Origin: an uncultured Nitrososphaerales archaeon
GTDB lineage: Archaea > Thermoproteota > Nitrososphaeria > Nitrososphaerales > Nitrososphaeraceae
NCBI GenBank assembly: GCA_963709405.1
Contig: CAVPXM010000065.1
Location: 1 to 60,508 of the forward strand
DNA length: 60,508 nucleotides
Reading direction: 5' to 3'
The notes below the pieces were generated by a model, which saw only the letters and a program-made list of their open reading frames with translations, did not search any database and was not told the DNA's origin. The position numbers were made by a program, and so were the translations under genes. Shown one piece after another: positions 44,765 through 55,853 of the stretch. How positions within the stretch are numbered: the stretch's first letter is position 1; each line of letters starts with the position of its first letter.

Positions 44765-44971
44765 CGCATCGGTTTGAGCTAATTTGGTATTATTCGTATT
44801 ATTATTGCCAGAAGTTGAATCGGTAGAAAAGAAAATTCTGAATCAATTGTAGCTGAGAATGCATTTGATGTATTCTAGTAAGGAACAACGAATTTTCATT
44901 TTGTGAAAATGTATGTCCAAATGTATCCTTGAATTTCTTAAAACACGGTACATAGTATTTTTTTTTATTCG

Positions 44972-45232
44972 GTGATTGACAATAAACTTGCGTTGATGAC
45001 TATTACATCCATAATAACGGTAGTATTATTATTTGTTATAACAGGAACTGACGTAGATAGCAGTGCATTTGCAAAAAAATATAACACTCAGACGGTAACG
45101 CAAATTAATAATTGCGGAAATTACGTATCACCAACAAATGTAACCTGTTCTAATTTTGGCTTGGATCCTGAAGGACATGAAAGCATTAACAATATAAGTA
45201 TAGTAGACCATTCGTGTCTACCGTTCCCTTAA
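44972..45232 (+). CDS. Small secreted protein with NNCGN...VTCSN motif
   Basis: Signal peptide ending SAFA; paired Cys. Confidence 0.65.
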   Translation: MIDNKLALMTITSIITVVLLFVITGTDVDSSAFAKKYNTQTVTQINNCGNYVSPTNVTCSNFGLDPEGHESINNISIVDHSCLPFP

Positions 45233-45349
45233 AACATCTGGGTAACCTACATACTTTGATTAGGTATTGGCACTATGTGGTAGCAGGTGGGTTATGGATT
45301 ATCGAACTAAACTTAAATATCTCTAACAAGAATATCATAGTCATATCAA

Positions 45350-45763
45350 CTAATACAAAGATCCTGGGGCTAATGTGATCAATAATTCGATTAACCTCGA
45401 AACCTTATCTAGAAAACGTCTAGTAAATATAATGAAAGCTTCTATATCGCATTCAATAAAGCTCCGCATTTTGAAACTCTGTATATTTACATTCCTAAGT
45501 TCCAGACTTTCCTGTTCAGAGAGCTTGCCATTTATGTAATTGGACTCTAGTTCAAGGCTTTTCATGTGGACAATTGCTCTATATTTTAGTCTTATTCTAT
45601 TCCATATGATATTCAGATACTGTAAATATTGCAAATAATCTGTATGGACATAGAGGAACCGTGATCCGTCATCTCTTCTTTTTAGGTATATAATGTGGAA
45701 GGAATCTCTTGTAATGAAATCATCCAGGATGAATGCCGGAGGTGGATCGTCAACCATACACAT
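45350..45763 (-). pseudogene. Hypothetical fragment, possibly the N-terminal half of a Cthe_2314-like HEPN protein
   Basis: DIEAFIIFTRRFLDKVSRLI helix; truncated with no RxxxxH motif. Confidence 0.35.
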
Positions 45764-46039
45764 TATTATAGGTTCGATGATTTATTTCATGTTCTGCTAC
45801 TGCTATCTACTTGGATTACCATATTCAGGTATCAATGAACCTGTGTTAGCGAGAGTAGCTTGCGATCATAGTGCAGCAATAGAAGGCGTGGTTACACTAC
45901 ATGATCAAAGAATCGAAAGTCATTTTTTCGATCTCTACGCACTCACGACCTGCTGTTGTTGCGCCAGAGGCTCATGGTTAAACTGATGACTACCTAAAAA
46001 TTAAGGAGGCATGTATTCCAATAGATAAATAAGCATTAA

Positions 46040-46369
46040 CTAATATGTATCGTAGATAAAAATCGGTTGCAGGATTCTTTCTCTCGTAGCAAGCTCCTGA
46101 CCTACTTTGGCATTGATTTGTTCGTCAGTCTTGACTTTCTCTGCATAATCCGTGAATTCTTTCGTAGAAGATTGAGAATCGATTATTTGAAATCTCATTT
46201 CGCAGCATTCCAACACGAGCTTCATCGCTTTAGTCCTTTCTTTGCCTTGAACTCGGATCATCAATAATTCTTCTGTGGTTGCGTATAAATTGTAAGTCTC
46301 TAGATACAGAAGATTGACTTCCCTGCAAAGTAGATGATATTTCAAATTGTGAATAGCCCTATTATACAT
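46040..46369 (-). pseudogene. Hypothetical helical protein fragment
   Basis: Coding-like ORF of 109 aa with no recognisable motif. Confidence 0.35.
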
Positions 46370-46591
46370 AATTCACGAACTTTCATCCTACACCAACTGA
46401 TCTGCATTCTGTATTTTATTGCAATAATGTTCGCTCTTAGAGTCTTGTTGGTGCTTGTCCAAATCTATAAATGAATTAATATATCTGCATTGCAATCGTA
46501 TATTATTATTTGACTATTCTTCTAATGAATTTATGCCTTTCATTTGTCCAATTTAGGAGTTATCTAAAAAGACAAAACAGACATTATTTTG

Positions 46592-47881
46592 CTATGCTTC
46601 TGTAGATTTCGGGGCTTCTGGACCTAATACTTTTTTGCCATCTTCTACGACTTCTTTTGGATTTGATATCGTTTTCTCCTTTTTGGTGTCAATTGAACCA
46701 TTGGTTACGCTTGTTTCCCACTTCATTGCATCTTCATGTATTCTAGTATTTACCATCATTGCACTTCCATGATATATGATGTTTTTGAACAGGTATCGCA
46801 ACCAATCAAAATTTTCATTAGCTTCATAGATAACACCTAATCCTCCAAAGAATGATTTTTGTTCTTCTGGTGAGTTTTTTATCCTTTTCCAAATTTCTAA
46901 CAATACCGAAATTCTACGGATCCCATATCTCTCATCAAGGATTTTGTCTAAGTGTTTGGTTTTAGAGTTATCCACAGTCACAATCACGTCACCTGAAAGA
47001 ACGGTAAGTATAGCTTGATCCTTCCAATCTTCTATGATCTCTTCAGGAAATTTTGTCTTCTTGGATAACTTCTTAGGATAGCAGAGGGCCATTTGTTGTA
47101 TGACATCAACTCCTTCTTCATTAAGCCGATCGGCTGTAATGGAGTTTATTCCCTCCAATTGTGTGAGAAGTTTATTTCCCGCTATATCTTTTCTCTTCCA
47201 GCCTTTATAGATTCTTGAAATCTGACTATCAGCAAAATTAATCAAGATCTGCACCGGCGCCACACCAGCAAGAAAACACAGAAGTAACATTTGTGGAGGA
47301 ATCTCTGTATTATTGAAAGCAACGGAGCTCGAATAAACGTTGCTAGCATAGGATGTTAACAGGTAAAATAGGTAAATTATAACAGAAACGACTGCAGACA
47401 ATAATAGTCTGAGAGAAGCTAGTAAATATACTCTAGGAATAAGATCGTTTCGTAAGAACCTGGTGAGTAAGCTTATAGAAGTATATACAAAGCCTCCTAG
47501 GAACCCCCATTGTACAACTACAATAGGTATTGTGTACTGCGTCGTAAAAAGAGGAATAAACGTCGTCTCCGCTGTACCTGTGAATATAGAGGCAATTAGC
47601 GGAAGGGTGATTAAAAAACCAGCGAGGTATGAAAACAAAAAGAAGGACAGTGGAAGGAGATATGCCCGAAAACTTATGCCTTCTTCTAGCATATTTTGCT
47701 CAACAGCCTTTTTTAGCAATTCATCAAAATCGAATTCAAGTAGGCCACTTCTTGTGGAAGTTTTTATCTCATTCGACATGCTTTCATTTCGCTCTCTTTT
47801 TAACCATATTTCGTATGCCTGATGATAAGTCGAATTTAGGTCATCATCACTTACAAGGAGATCCGACCTCTCTTTAAACAT
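46592..47881 (-). CDS. Multi-TM membrane protein with C-terminal HhH (DUF4332/Rad51-N-like) domain
   Basis: WGFLGGFVY...DLIPRVY...RL...CFLAGVAP; LTQLEGINSITADRLNEEGV...WKDQA. Confidence 0.7.
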   Translation of the reverse strand: MFKERSDLLVSDDDLNSTYHQAYEIWLKRERNESMSNEIKTSTRSGLLEFDFDELLKKAVEQNMLEEGISFRAYLLPLSFFLFSYLAGFLITLPLIASIFTGTAETTFIPLFTTQYTIPIVVVQWGFLGGFVYTSISLLTRFLRNDLIPRVYLLASLRLLLSAVVSVIIYLFYLLTSYASNVYSSSVAFNNTEIPPQMLLLCFLAGVAPVQILINFADSQISRIYKGWKRKDIAGNKLLTQLEGINSITADRLNEEGVDVIQQMALCYPKKLSKKTKFPEEIIEDWKDQAILTVLSGDVIVTVDNSKTKHLDKILDERYGIRRISVLLEIWKRIKNSPEEQKSFFGGLGVIYEANENFDWLRYLFKNIIYHGSAMMVNTRIHEDAMKWETSVTNGSIDTKKEKTISNPKEVVEDGKKVLGPEAPKSTEA

Positions 47882-47902
47882 CGACTTGAAATCCTGAGAA
47901 TC

Positions 47903-48058
47903 TACGACGATGCCATAAGACTTTATGACAAAGCTATAGAGATAGATCCAAAGCATGCTGAGGCGTTCAATCACAAAGGGTTAGTTCTTGAAAAACTCGG
48001 AAAAGTCAAAGAAGCGCAAGAGTCTTTTGCTAAAGCAAGAGAATTTGGATATAAATAG
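47903..48058 (+). pseudogene. TPR repeat C-terminal fragment
   Basis: YDDAIRLYDKAIEIDPKHAEAFNHKGLVLEKLGKVKEAQESFAKARE. Confidence 0.8.
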
Positions 48059-48438
48059 CCATAAGCATCTCTGGCAGCGACTTTGAAAGAATACGGTCTA
48101 CACCTGAGAATGATTAGCGAGAGGAATTACAGGCATATAATCCTAAAACAAAAGAATGGACAGCATTAATTACATCATTTCAAGGTTTTGGAGATAACAG
48201 GTTTTAATTGTGAACGATGCGAGATAAGTAATGAGGTAGAGAGAGGTCTATAATCATGTCATATAATGAAATAAGGTATATCGTAGAGCCATACACTAAA
48301 CAGCAAATGATGGATATGGATAGTGAATTAGAGCCTATGCGAAAAGTCCACTTCTTCTATAGGTGATCCATGCACATGAAAAATGTGACATTCCAATATA
48401 GTTTTCAATCCTCTTTTCCTGTTTCCTCATACAGAGCA

Positions 48439-48528
48439 GATCTAAACAATAAGAGCTTATATTCTATTACTCCAAAAGGTAAGAAGTTATTAGAGGGTTG
48501 GATTGCTTTTCTGTCTGCGTTTTCATAA
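48439..48528 (+). pseudogene. Winged-helix C-terminal remnant, paralog of 16988..17239
   Basis: LYSITPKGKKLLEGWIAFLSAFS* versus LYSITSKGRKLLKGWIAFVSAYS*. Confidence 0.85.
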
Positions 48529-48889
48529 AGCTATGGTAGTCTATAAAGTACTAGTTACAACAATCATGACTACAACTCTTCATTGTGGATTAGCAATTGA
48601 GACAGCCAATTCACCCGGCCCACTATGCAATCGTCATCTGTTTGGTATAACACATATCGTCATCTATCTGAGAAAAGGAAACTTGATGTGGCAAGACATA
48701 CACAATAGTAAGACTATCTTGGAAAGTAAAAGCCTCTTTCTTTTATTTTACTCTGTATCCTACACCACCGAGTGTTTGTTTTGTATTATGTGTAGATCTG
48801 CTGCCTGATCCAAAATCACTTTTGCATAAAATGTCTAGTTGTAAACAAGTTCTACTAACCAATATGAAAAAGTTTCTGTGTATAACAAA

Positions 48890-50306
48890 CTATTTGGCTT
48901 CTGCAAAGTTTTCCTTGATATATGTCTTTAGTCTTTGTGCATCGGTATTGTTTACAAGTATATCTTCATTGAATACATTCTTCTTTTTTCCCTTGAATGC
49001 TCTTACCTTAATGGCGTATTCATTTTCTGCCTTGCGAACTATCTCTATTCTCAAGTCTGGTCCTTTAGCCAGCATACCTCTTATACCTTGGGCTTCAAGG
49101 ATAATGTTATCATCAGTAGTGTCTGGGCGTTTACGAGGTTTATCAAATTCTAAGTTAAATCTGTTGATTCTATCTTCTATCATTAGTTTAAGCTTGCCAT
49201 CTTCTTTTTCAATCCTCATAATATATTTCTCTAGACTCTCTATTTCTAGAAACGGAGCAGAAGAAGATGCACTTTGATCTGAAGATGATACAGATGAAGA
49301 TTCTTGTAAACTTTGTTGTCGTTCATTTTGTAAGCCACTACTATCCCACACCATTCCTTCTCTAGCTACAGTTATTCTGAATTTGCCCTCACTTCCCATA
49401 ATGCCAAGATGTGAATCTATCACCTTTTGAAGTTCATCTGTTGTCATAGCTTTAACAGGCCCTCTAAACCACTGGTTTGTAGCTTCTTCAAAGTCTAAAA
49501 GACCTCGATAATGAACTATATAACATTCTTTGGCATTCCATCTTCTAACTAGTTCGAATGCTTCGCTTACAGAGATCATCCCAGTTTGAGGATGAGGATT
49601 GTAGCTTTGTGTACCTAAAATAACAAGATCTGGATTCCACAACAAATTTTCATTTACATTGGGTAATGAAAGAAAATCCCATCCAATTATTACTTTATGA
49701 TTAGCTAGTTTCACCACGTATATGACAGACCCAGATGGAGAATTGTCACCATGGTCAGCCAAAACTGGTGTTATCAAAAAAGGACCTATTTCAAAGGTTT
49801 TGTCTGGCTGTATTGTGTTAAACGATATTCTATGATTATTGCTTTCTGAAAGCTGAGGAAATCTTTTGGTAAGCTGTTCACGGCACTCTGCAGTACAGAA
49901 TATCTTTAACTTCGACGATTCGTTATCGACCTTGTTTATCAATAAAGGCAGTTCTTTAATGTGATCATCATGTGAATGAGTTATCAATACTGCATCAGGA
50001 ATAGACGACGATGATAATGTCGATGAACTAAATCCAAGTTCAGAGATGCTTTTTTCAACACTTTTAACTATTCCTTGACCCACATCAACAAGAACATGAA
50101 AAATCTTATCTGTTTTATCTGCAGCAAACAAAGAGCAAGAAGTGTTTGTACTTATACCTTTTTGTTTTACTTCTGCTGCCTCTTTCTGATTCTTCCACAC
50201 TACCTATTGTTGAAATATCTGGAAGGGTACCATTTATTCTTACTAATAATTGATCTCCTGCAAGTATCCTAGTAGGAGAAGGGATTTGTGAGTTTAACAT
50301 ATTCAT
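48890..50306 (-). CDS. MBL-fold metallo-hydrolase (1-nt frameshift near 50180)
   Basis: LVDVGQG, ITHSHDDH, LADHG, YIVHY. Confidence 0.88.
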
Positions 50307-50556
50307 TTATTTTAGTAGGACATATCAGATAAACCTAACTATTAAATACATCTAATTATTTTAGATTTATTGTATATATTTATAAATTTTATAACTACAA
50401 TACTGCTTTTTTTGAAGACATTTATTATTTATGTATAACATTAAATATGTCTTATTAGTATGATAACAAAATGCATTTGAGCAAACCTAAATCCTTTCCA
50501 GTGGGTTTAATTTGCACTACCGCGTTGATGGCATTTGCTTTATTAACATCATCATT

Positions 50557-50750
50557 ATGCAAGCGTATTTAGGCTTACTTTCTTTCGTCTGCTTCACTAC
50601 GTAATAGTTGTTCATATTCTGAATCTATTCTAAATGGTATAGTGGCTATCTTTTTTCGTTTGATTCTTTTGTTATTATCATCATTACTTACACTATTATT
50701 ATCGCCCTTGCTACTATTCTTTTCCATGTTCTAGATTCAACTTGCATATC
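50557..50750 (-). pseudogene. Ribbon-helix-helix N-terminal fragment
   Basis: IATIPFRIDSEYEQLLRSEADERKVSLNTLA*. Confidence 0.6.
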
Positions 50751-50823
50751 GCCGCACTGTAAGCGTCTTGCCCAAATAATCTATATGTTAATATGTTATT
50801 ATATATATGAATAGTCAAAAATT

Positions 50824-51415
50824 GGCTCTGTAGAAACCATGTTTTGAATACCGTTAGAGCTTTGTAGAGGTATAATCCAATATGGATGTTGAAGGAATCA
50901 AGATATGTTAGGCTTGCAAATACTATGTACCGTGTTTTAAGAAATTCAAGGATACCGTTGTTTCTTCACAGAAAGAGCAACCATGTCTTTACGATGTGGC
51001 AGCATTTAGTATTGCTCACAATAAGACATACTTCTGTAGTATGGTAAGTATGAGTTTGGAACGATGATTCACAGAATGAAAATATGATTTGTCCCAAGCT
51101 ATAATTATTTCGAAATCTACGTTATGTAATGAATGAATAACGACATAAACTTAGACACCTCACTTACGAACACGTGCCTGTATGGAGAACACATGGTAAA
51201 TACAGAAAAGAGATGAAACGCAACTATTCCAAATTACTGTACAATCAACGAAACAAAGATGAAACCATAATGTCAGTCATAAAACGACTGTTTGGAGAGC
51301 ATCTGATGTCTAGATTGACTAGAACACAGAACAGAGAATTGTCATTCAGATGCATAACCTACAACATGCATAGATTGACTAATCTGATAATACGGATGAT
51401 GTTTTCTACAGAGCC
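50824..51415 (+). mobile_element. Internally deleted IS5-family element (592 bp)
   Basis: TIRs ggctctgtagaaa / tttctacagagcc; transposase remnants, including YNQRNKDETIMSVIKRLFGEH. Confidence 0.85.
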
Positions 51416-51548
51416 AAGTCCAGTATTGTTAGTTATATACAATTATGGTAATCGAGGTATTATCGTGGAGACATTTTGTATATGCTACCATCATTTCACT
51501 TCAATTATAATCAAGCAATTTACAGACAATTTTGACAACTTCCTTCCC

Positions 51549-53009
51549 TTACCACAATTGATTATTGTCATTTGCTACAATTTTGTAAACCATTCCATCA
51601 AAATATGTCAGAATATACAGATAACCATCTGGACCAGTTTTGATATCAGTTATTCTACCCTCAAAATTAGTTGCAAACAATGGTTCTGAAGCCTCTTTTT
51701 TATTATCGGCTACTAAATCCTCTAGGCCAATATACTGATTGTTATCATAATCACTATAAAAACTCAATCTTGTTCTGTCCTCGTTATTTACTTGGAAATA
51801 GTAGATATTTCCATTGTTAATATCTCCTACAAAGATATTATTTTCATATTCTTTGCCAAGAATTGATGAATTAAGGAATTCTATTGCTGTAACACCAATT
51901 GGTATGCGCCAGCTGAATTTAGGATCAGAATATCGTGAGCCATCTAACTTTAGAAGTTTAGATTCTGTTGAAAGATTATTATTTCGAGAAAGAGGTCCCA
52001 TAATTTTGTCCCATCCACTATTAAATCCTGGTTTTACCAAATTAATTTCGTCATAGTTATTCTCTCCATTTTCAGTATCCCATAAATAACCTGTGACAGG
52101 ATCAAATGCCAATCCAAAACTATTACGGATACCATATGCGTAACTATAGTTTAGACCGGCGATTTCAGCATTATTGTCGGCTAGTCTGTTATGCAGAAAA
52201 GGATTGCCAGCAGATGGTAGACCACTCATAGGGTCTATTCTTAGTATAACAGATGAGTAAGTACTTGTCTTTCCGTATTTGTAGTTCTGCGTTACAGTAT
52301 TAGGAGTGTTCAAATCACCAATTGCTACATAGAGTTGACGATCTCTGGGACCTATTGTCATTTTCCCACCATTATGGTACAAACCTGCTAATGAGGGAAA
52401 TTCAGATATCAGTTTAGGATTTAGTAAAGAATTTCTATTCCAATCATATCTGTATAACACATTTTTTGGCTCACCATTTTCTCTCAATTTAGTAAAATAG
52501 AGGAATACATATGCCTTTGGATAAGTGGAATAGAGATGTGATGATGGTCGTAGTTCGTTTTTCTTGTCTTCCTCAGATATAGCTGATGAGGTGTTATTCA
52601 ATATAGCCAAACCTAATAATCCTCGTTCTCCTTTACCATCGACATCTAGTGTCAGAATAGGTTTTTGTCTTAACACACCATCAGATATAAGACGAACAGC
52701 ACCAGTATTTTTTTCCAATACCAGAATGTTATGTTTATCTATGACTGCCATGCTAGTTGGAAAAGATAATCCTGTTGTCACTAATTCTATCTTAAGACTT
52801 TTTTTGTTATCGCCTACAAGAAATGGGAAATGCTGATCTTGGCTATATGTAATATAATTATCAAATATAAAATAACCAGTAACGACGATGACTATTATCA
52901 TGATAAGTATAATAAATGGTATAAACAATGAATTTACTATCATTGTATTCATATACCTGACGAAATAACTATCATAAACCTGGGCATTCAATATATATTC
53001 TAAGAGCAA
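51549..53009 (-). CDS. PQQ-dependent glucose/sorbosone dehydrogenase family protein (true start probably further in)
   Basis: GLSFPTSMA, GERGLLGLA, HNGGKMTIGP, YGIRNSFGLAFDP, DEINL. Confidence 0.92.
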   Translation of the reverse strand: MLLEYILNAQVYDSYFVRYMNTMIVNSLFIPFIILIMIIVIVVTGYFIFDNYITYSQDQHFPFLVGDNKKSLKIELVTTGLSFPTSMAVIDKHNILVLEKNTGAVRLISDGVLRQKPILTLDVDGKGERGLLGLAILNNTSSAISEEDKKNELRPSSHLYSTYPKAYVFLYFTKLRENGEPKNVLYRYDWNRNSLLNPKLISEFPSLAGLYHNGGKMTIGPRDRQLYVAIGDLNTPNTVTQNYKYGKTSTYSSVILRIDPMSGLPSAGNPFLHNRLADNNAEIAGLNYSYAYGIRNSFGLAFDPVTGYLWDTENGENNYDEINLVKPGFNSGWDKIMGPLSRNNNLSTESKLLKLDGSRYSDPKFSWRIPIGVTAIEFLNSSILGKEYENNIFVGDINNGNIYYFQVNNEDRTRLSFYSDYDNNQYIGLEDLVADNKKEASEPLFATNFEGRITDIKTGPDGYLYILTYFDGMVYKIVANDNNQLW

Positions 53010-53367
53010 TTACTATATGTTTCGTGTTATCAGTATTATCTACCATCATTAATATTTCTGGCATAACCCTGAAAGATGCTATCGTAAAAGAGTTACACAA
53101 GTCAGACTAAATTACTTAGAATGAATCCAAATTTGATATCGTATCACACTCTTAATAATGATAATAATATGACAGTAGTATCATAAACAACCCAAAATAA
53201 GGTAAGTAACCTGTCATCAATAACTAAAAACTCTAATGATGGTTCATTATTTGTGATGTTAAATTGGGATCCTCTAGAATTGAAGGAAGGAAGAGACACA
53301 ATATTCTTGGTTGGCATCTTTGACCCAAAAACAAATTTGGAAGTAAGGCAAATTGACTATTCCTTTA

Positions 53368-54300
53368 GGTAATACCTAAGAGTTTGGAACAGATTCTATC
53401 ATCATCTTTGTCAGTATTCTGAAGATATTTTCGTTCCTACGATTGAACCTGAACTCTATTTCCTTTAAATAAAGTTCAAAGTATGATTTCGGTACACCTC
53501 GGTAGTGATATAGTAGCCATGTCTTGGCATAGCTCCAGAATCCTTCGATACCATTAATTTGAGTTGCATCATCTCTAACATATTCTTCCTTTCCATGAAG
53601 TATTATCTGATGTTTACCTATCAAATTCAATGTAGCATATGCAGTATGATCATCCGTATAATACACGGAACCTTTCTTTGTATGTTGTTTTATCAAGGGA
53701 ATCAGTGTATCATGTTTTCTGTCGGATACAGGGAATGTGATGACCTTGCCATTTCTCTGGTATATTCCAAATACTAGGTTTTTACCTTCAGATCCCCATC
53801 CACGTTTTCCTTTCCTATGTCCACCAAATAATGCTTCGTCTATTTCTAATTCTCCGGACAACTTCTTTAACTCTTTTAGTTTCAGCAACGACTCATTGTA
53901 GATTGATTGTCTGAATACTCTGAATGTCTTCTCTATCGTAGTCAAACTAAGTGGTACATAAAACCTGATCCTGTATGCAGGTACTCCTAGAGCGAATAGG
54001 TACGTAAGATGTACTAGTTTATCAAGCGAAAAGTTGAATTCTCCGATATACGTTCCTGTAAACTCTCCAAACTTGTATTTACAACGTCTGCATCCAAATC
54101 TCTTATCTTTAAGATGATACAACAATCGGTATCCACATCTTGGACATTGTCTCCTTCCCTTCCATCTAGCATGACGAAAGTACGCGGCCACTTTTTGTCA
54201 CGCTTCCAGCGAGTTCTATTGGGCTGTATTCACGCACGCAGCACGAATGTACCAGTCAAAATTATTCTTTATTTCTTGTTCCAAATGTTTGGGTATTACC
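53368..54300 (-). mobile_element. Complete IS1595-family element, 933 bp
   Basis: 24-bp imperfect TIRs (ggtaatacctaagagtttggaaca / tgttccaaatgtttgggtattacc) and 8-bp TSD ttccttta at 53360-53367 and 54301-54308. Confidence 0.95.
53376..54191 (-). CDS. IS1595-family transposase
   Basis: Zn finger CPRC...CRRC, EIDEA, YTDD, INGIEGFWS, YLKEIEFRFN. Confidence 0.93.
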   Translation of the reverse strand: MAAYFRHARWKGRRQCPRCGYRLLYHLKDKRFGCRRCKYKFGEFTGTYIGEFNFSLDKLVHLTYLFALGVPAYRIRFYVPLSLTTIEKTFRVFRQSIYNESLLKLKELKKLSGELEIDEALFGGHRKGKRGWGSEGKNLVFGIYQRNGKVITFPVSDRKHDTLIPLIKQHTKKGSVYYTDDHTAYATLNLIGKHQIILHGKEEYVRDDATQINGIEGFWSYAKTWLLYHYRGVPKSYFELYLKEIEFRFNRRNENIFRILTKMMIESVPNS

Positions 54301-54591
54301 TTCCTTTAAAGCAGTATTTTCATTTACTTACATCACAATTAAGGATGTAAAGCATCAAAAGGCTCCCGGCGGAATTGGAATTCTCTGTTAAAATAACTCC
54401 ACCGCAGCAGAATCTTATAAATGAGAGTAACAATAACGTGAACACTTCGAATGGAACAGGATATGTGAATTTTACCATTAGGATTCCCAAATGACAATGA
54501 ATTGTCAATTAGGACAAATGTAATCATCCTTGACTTATTACTGTGCGACAATACAATCCGTGTCGAAATTCTATTACCTGATATAGTATTG

Positions 54592-54891
54592 TTATTTTCT
54601 TGTGATCCATAATAGGACCGATAAGGCTACAGATTGAGCAACATTAATGACAAGCAAATATGGTGCTGCTGTTTCAACCATACTCTTGATGGATGGTCCC
54701 GCCATAAAGAGCTTGGTCCAAAAAAGGATAATGACAATATTTTGTACAACGAATAAAGAAGATACCAATACGAGACCTATGGTAAAATAAGATTTTATCA
54801 GTCTTAAATTTCGAATATATACAGCTGTAACACCACCTAATAGCCCAATGTTGAGTACACAGACAGCAACAGCAGGTAACATAAAATCCAT
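54592..54891 (-). CDS. Small three-TM membrane protein paired with an ArsR-like regulator
   Basis: Three hydrophobic helices, SYFTIGL motif; directly downstream of the wHTH gene. Confidence 0.75.
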   Translation of the reverse strand: MDFMLPAVAVCVLNIGLLGGVTAVYIRNLRLIKSYFTIGLVLVSSLFVVQNIVIILFWTKLFMAGPSIKSMVETAAPYLLVINVAQSVALSVLLWITRK

Positions 54892-54924
54892 TCTTACTAG
54901 ATCTCGTCCTACAATAGACTTAAT

Positions 54925-55287
54925 TTACTTTTTCCCAATTTTTGCCAATATCTCCTTCCTAAATAACTCATAATTCATTTCCATAATTGGTGTGAGAAAA
55001 TACGTTGCACCGTATGACTGTGGATTATCCGTTATAATTAAACCATTTTGTGCAAGTACCTTCAGATGATGAGTTATAGTCTTGTAATCAACCTTTAATT
55101 CTGATGCAATTTGATTAGTATTCGAAGGATTTGATTTGATAAAATCAAGAATTCTAGCTCTATTCACACCTCCTTTCGTACTAGCAATCAAGTACCATAA
55201 TAGACGCTTAAAACGCGGATCAACGTATCTATTATTACTGTTATGATCTATGTCATTTGGTGTCATGATGTTCCCAAAACAGACCAT
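54925..55287 (-). CDS. ArsR-like winged-helix regulator
   Basis: LLWYLIASTKGGVNRARI, NQIASELKVDYKTITHHLKVL, YGATYF. Confidence 0.88.
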   Translation of the reverse strand: MVCFGNIMTPNDIDHNSNNRYVDPRFKRLLWYLIASTKGGVNRARILDFIKSNPSNTNQIASELKVDYKTITHHLKVLAQNGLIITDNPQSYGATYFLTPIMEMNYELFRKEILAKIGKK

Positions 55288-55853
55288 GAGAGGAAATAAT
55301 ATAGGAAGACATGAATGCCGTAAATAGCACGTAGTATGTTCATTATCGAGAAAATATAAAGTTGTCTGGATGTTGTGTATATTGGCGTGGATTAAGTAAT
55401 GTACATTATGACCAGGGATCCAACTGGACTTAGGTGCTACATGTAGAAATCCGAAAATTCAAGGTAAGGTACAGATAACGATGAGCAAAACAAAGGCATC
55501 GCCTCTTATATTTGAGAAAAGATAAAGAACCCAAAAGATGTTCCAGGCGGGAGGTGCATGGACATATTAATGCAACAAATGGAACATTAAGTATCCCTCA
55601 TTATATTATTATCTTCTGATAATAATTTTGCTCTACTGACCCGTTTAACTAGTCTTTTAAATGATAATAACACTAATGATAGAGTATCACATCACAGAAT
55701 CGGTAATGAACTTGATCTTGTTAATCGAAAGCTCAATTAGTCCAGAATCTTACTTAACAGTTATGTAAAGAATATGTAATGCTCTTCTGTAAACTAACAG
55801 TGCTCGTTCAGATACCATAACACCTTTAGCTTACTCTCTTTTAAATTATCAGC

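Larger units (their letters stand above)
53230..54390 (+). pseudogene. Decayed secreted-type hypothetical gene interrupted by IS1595
   Basis: Removing the IS and one TSD gives continuous SNDGSLFVMLNWDPLELKEGRDTIFLVGIFDPKTNLEVRQIDYSFKAVFS. Confidence 0.6.

Noticed and set aside
47882-47974. N-terminal extension of ORF 46592..47974
   Set aside because: It is the antisense of a clear TPR fragment on the + strand.
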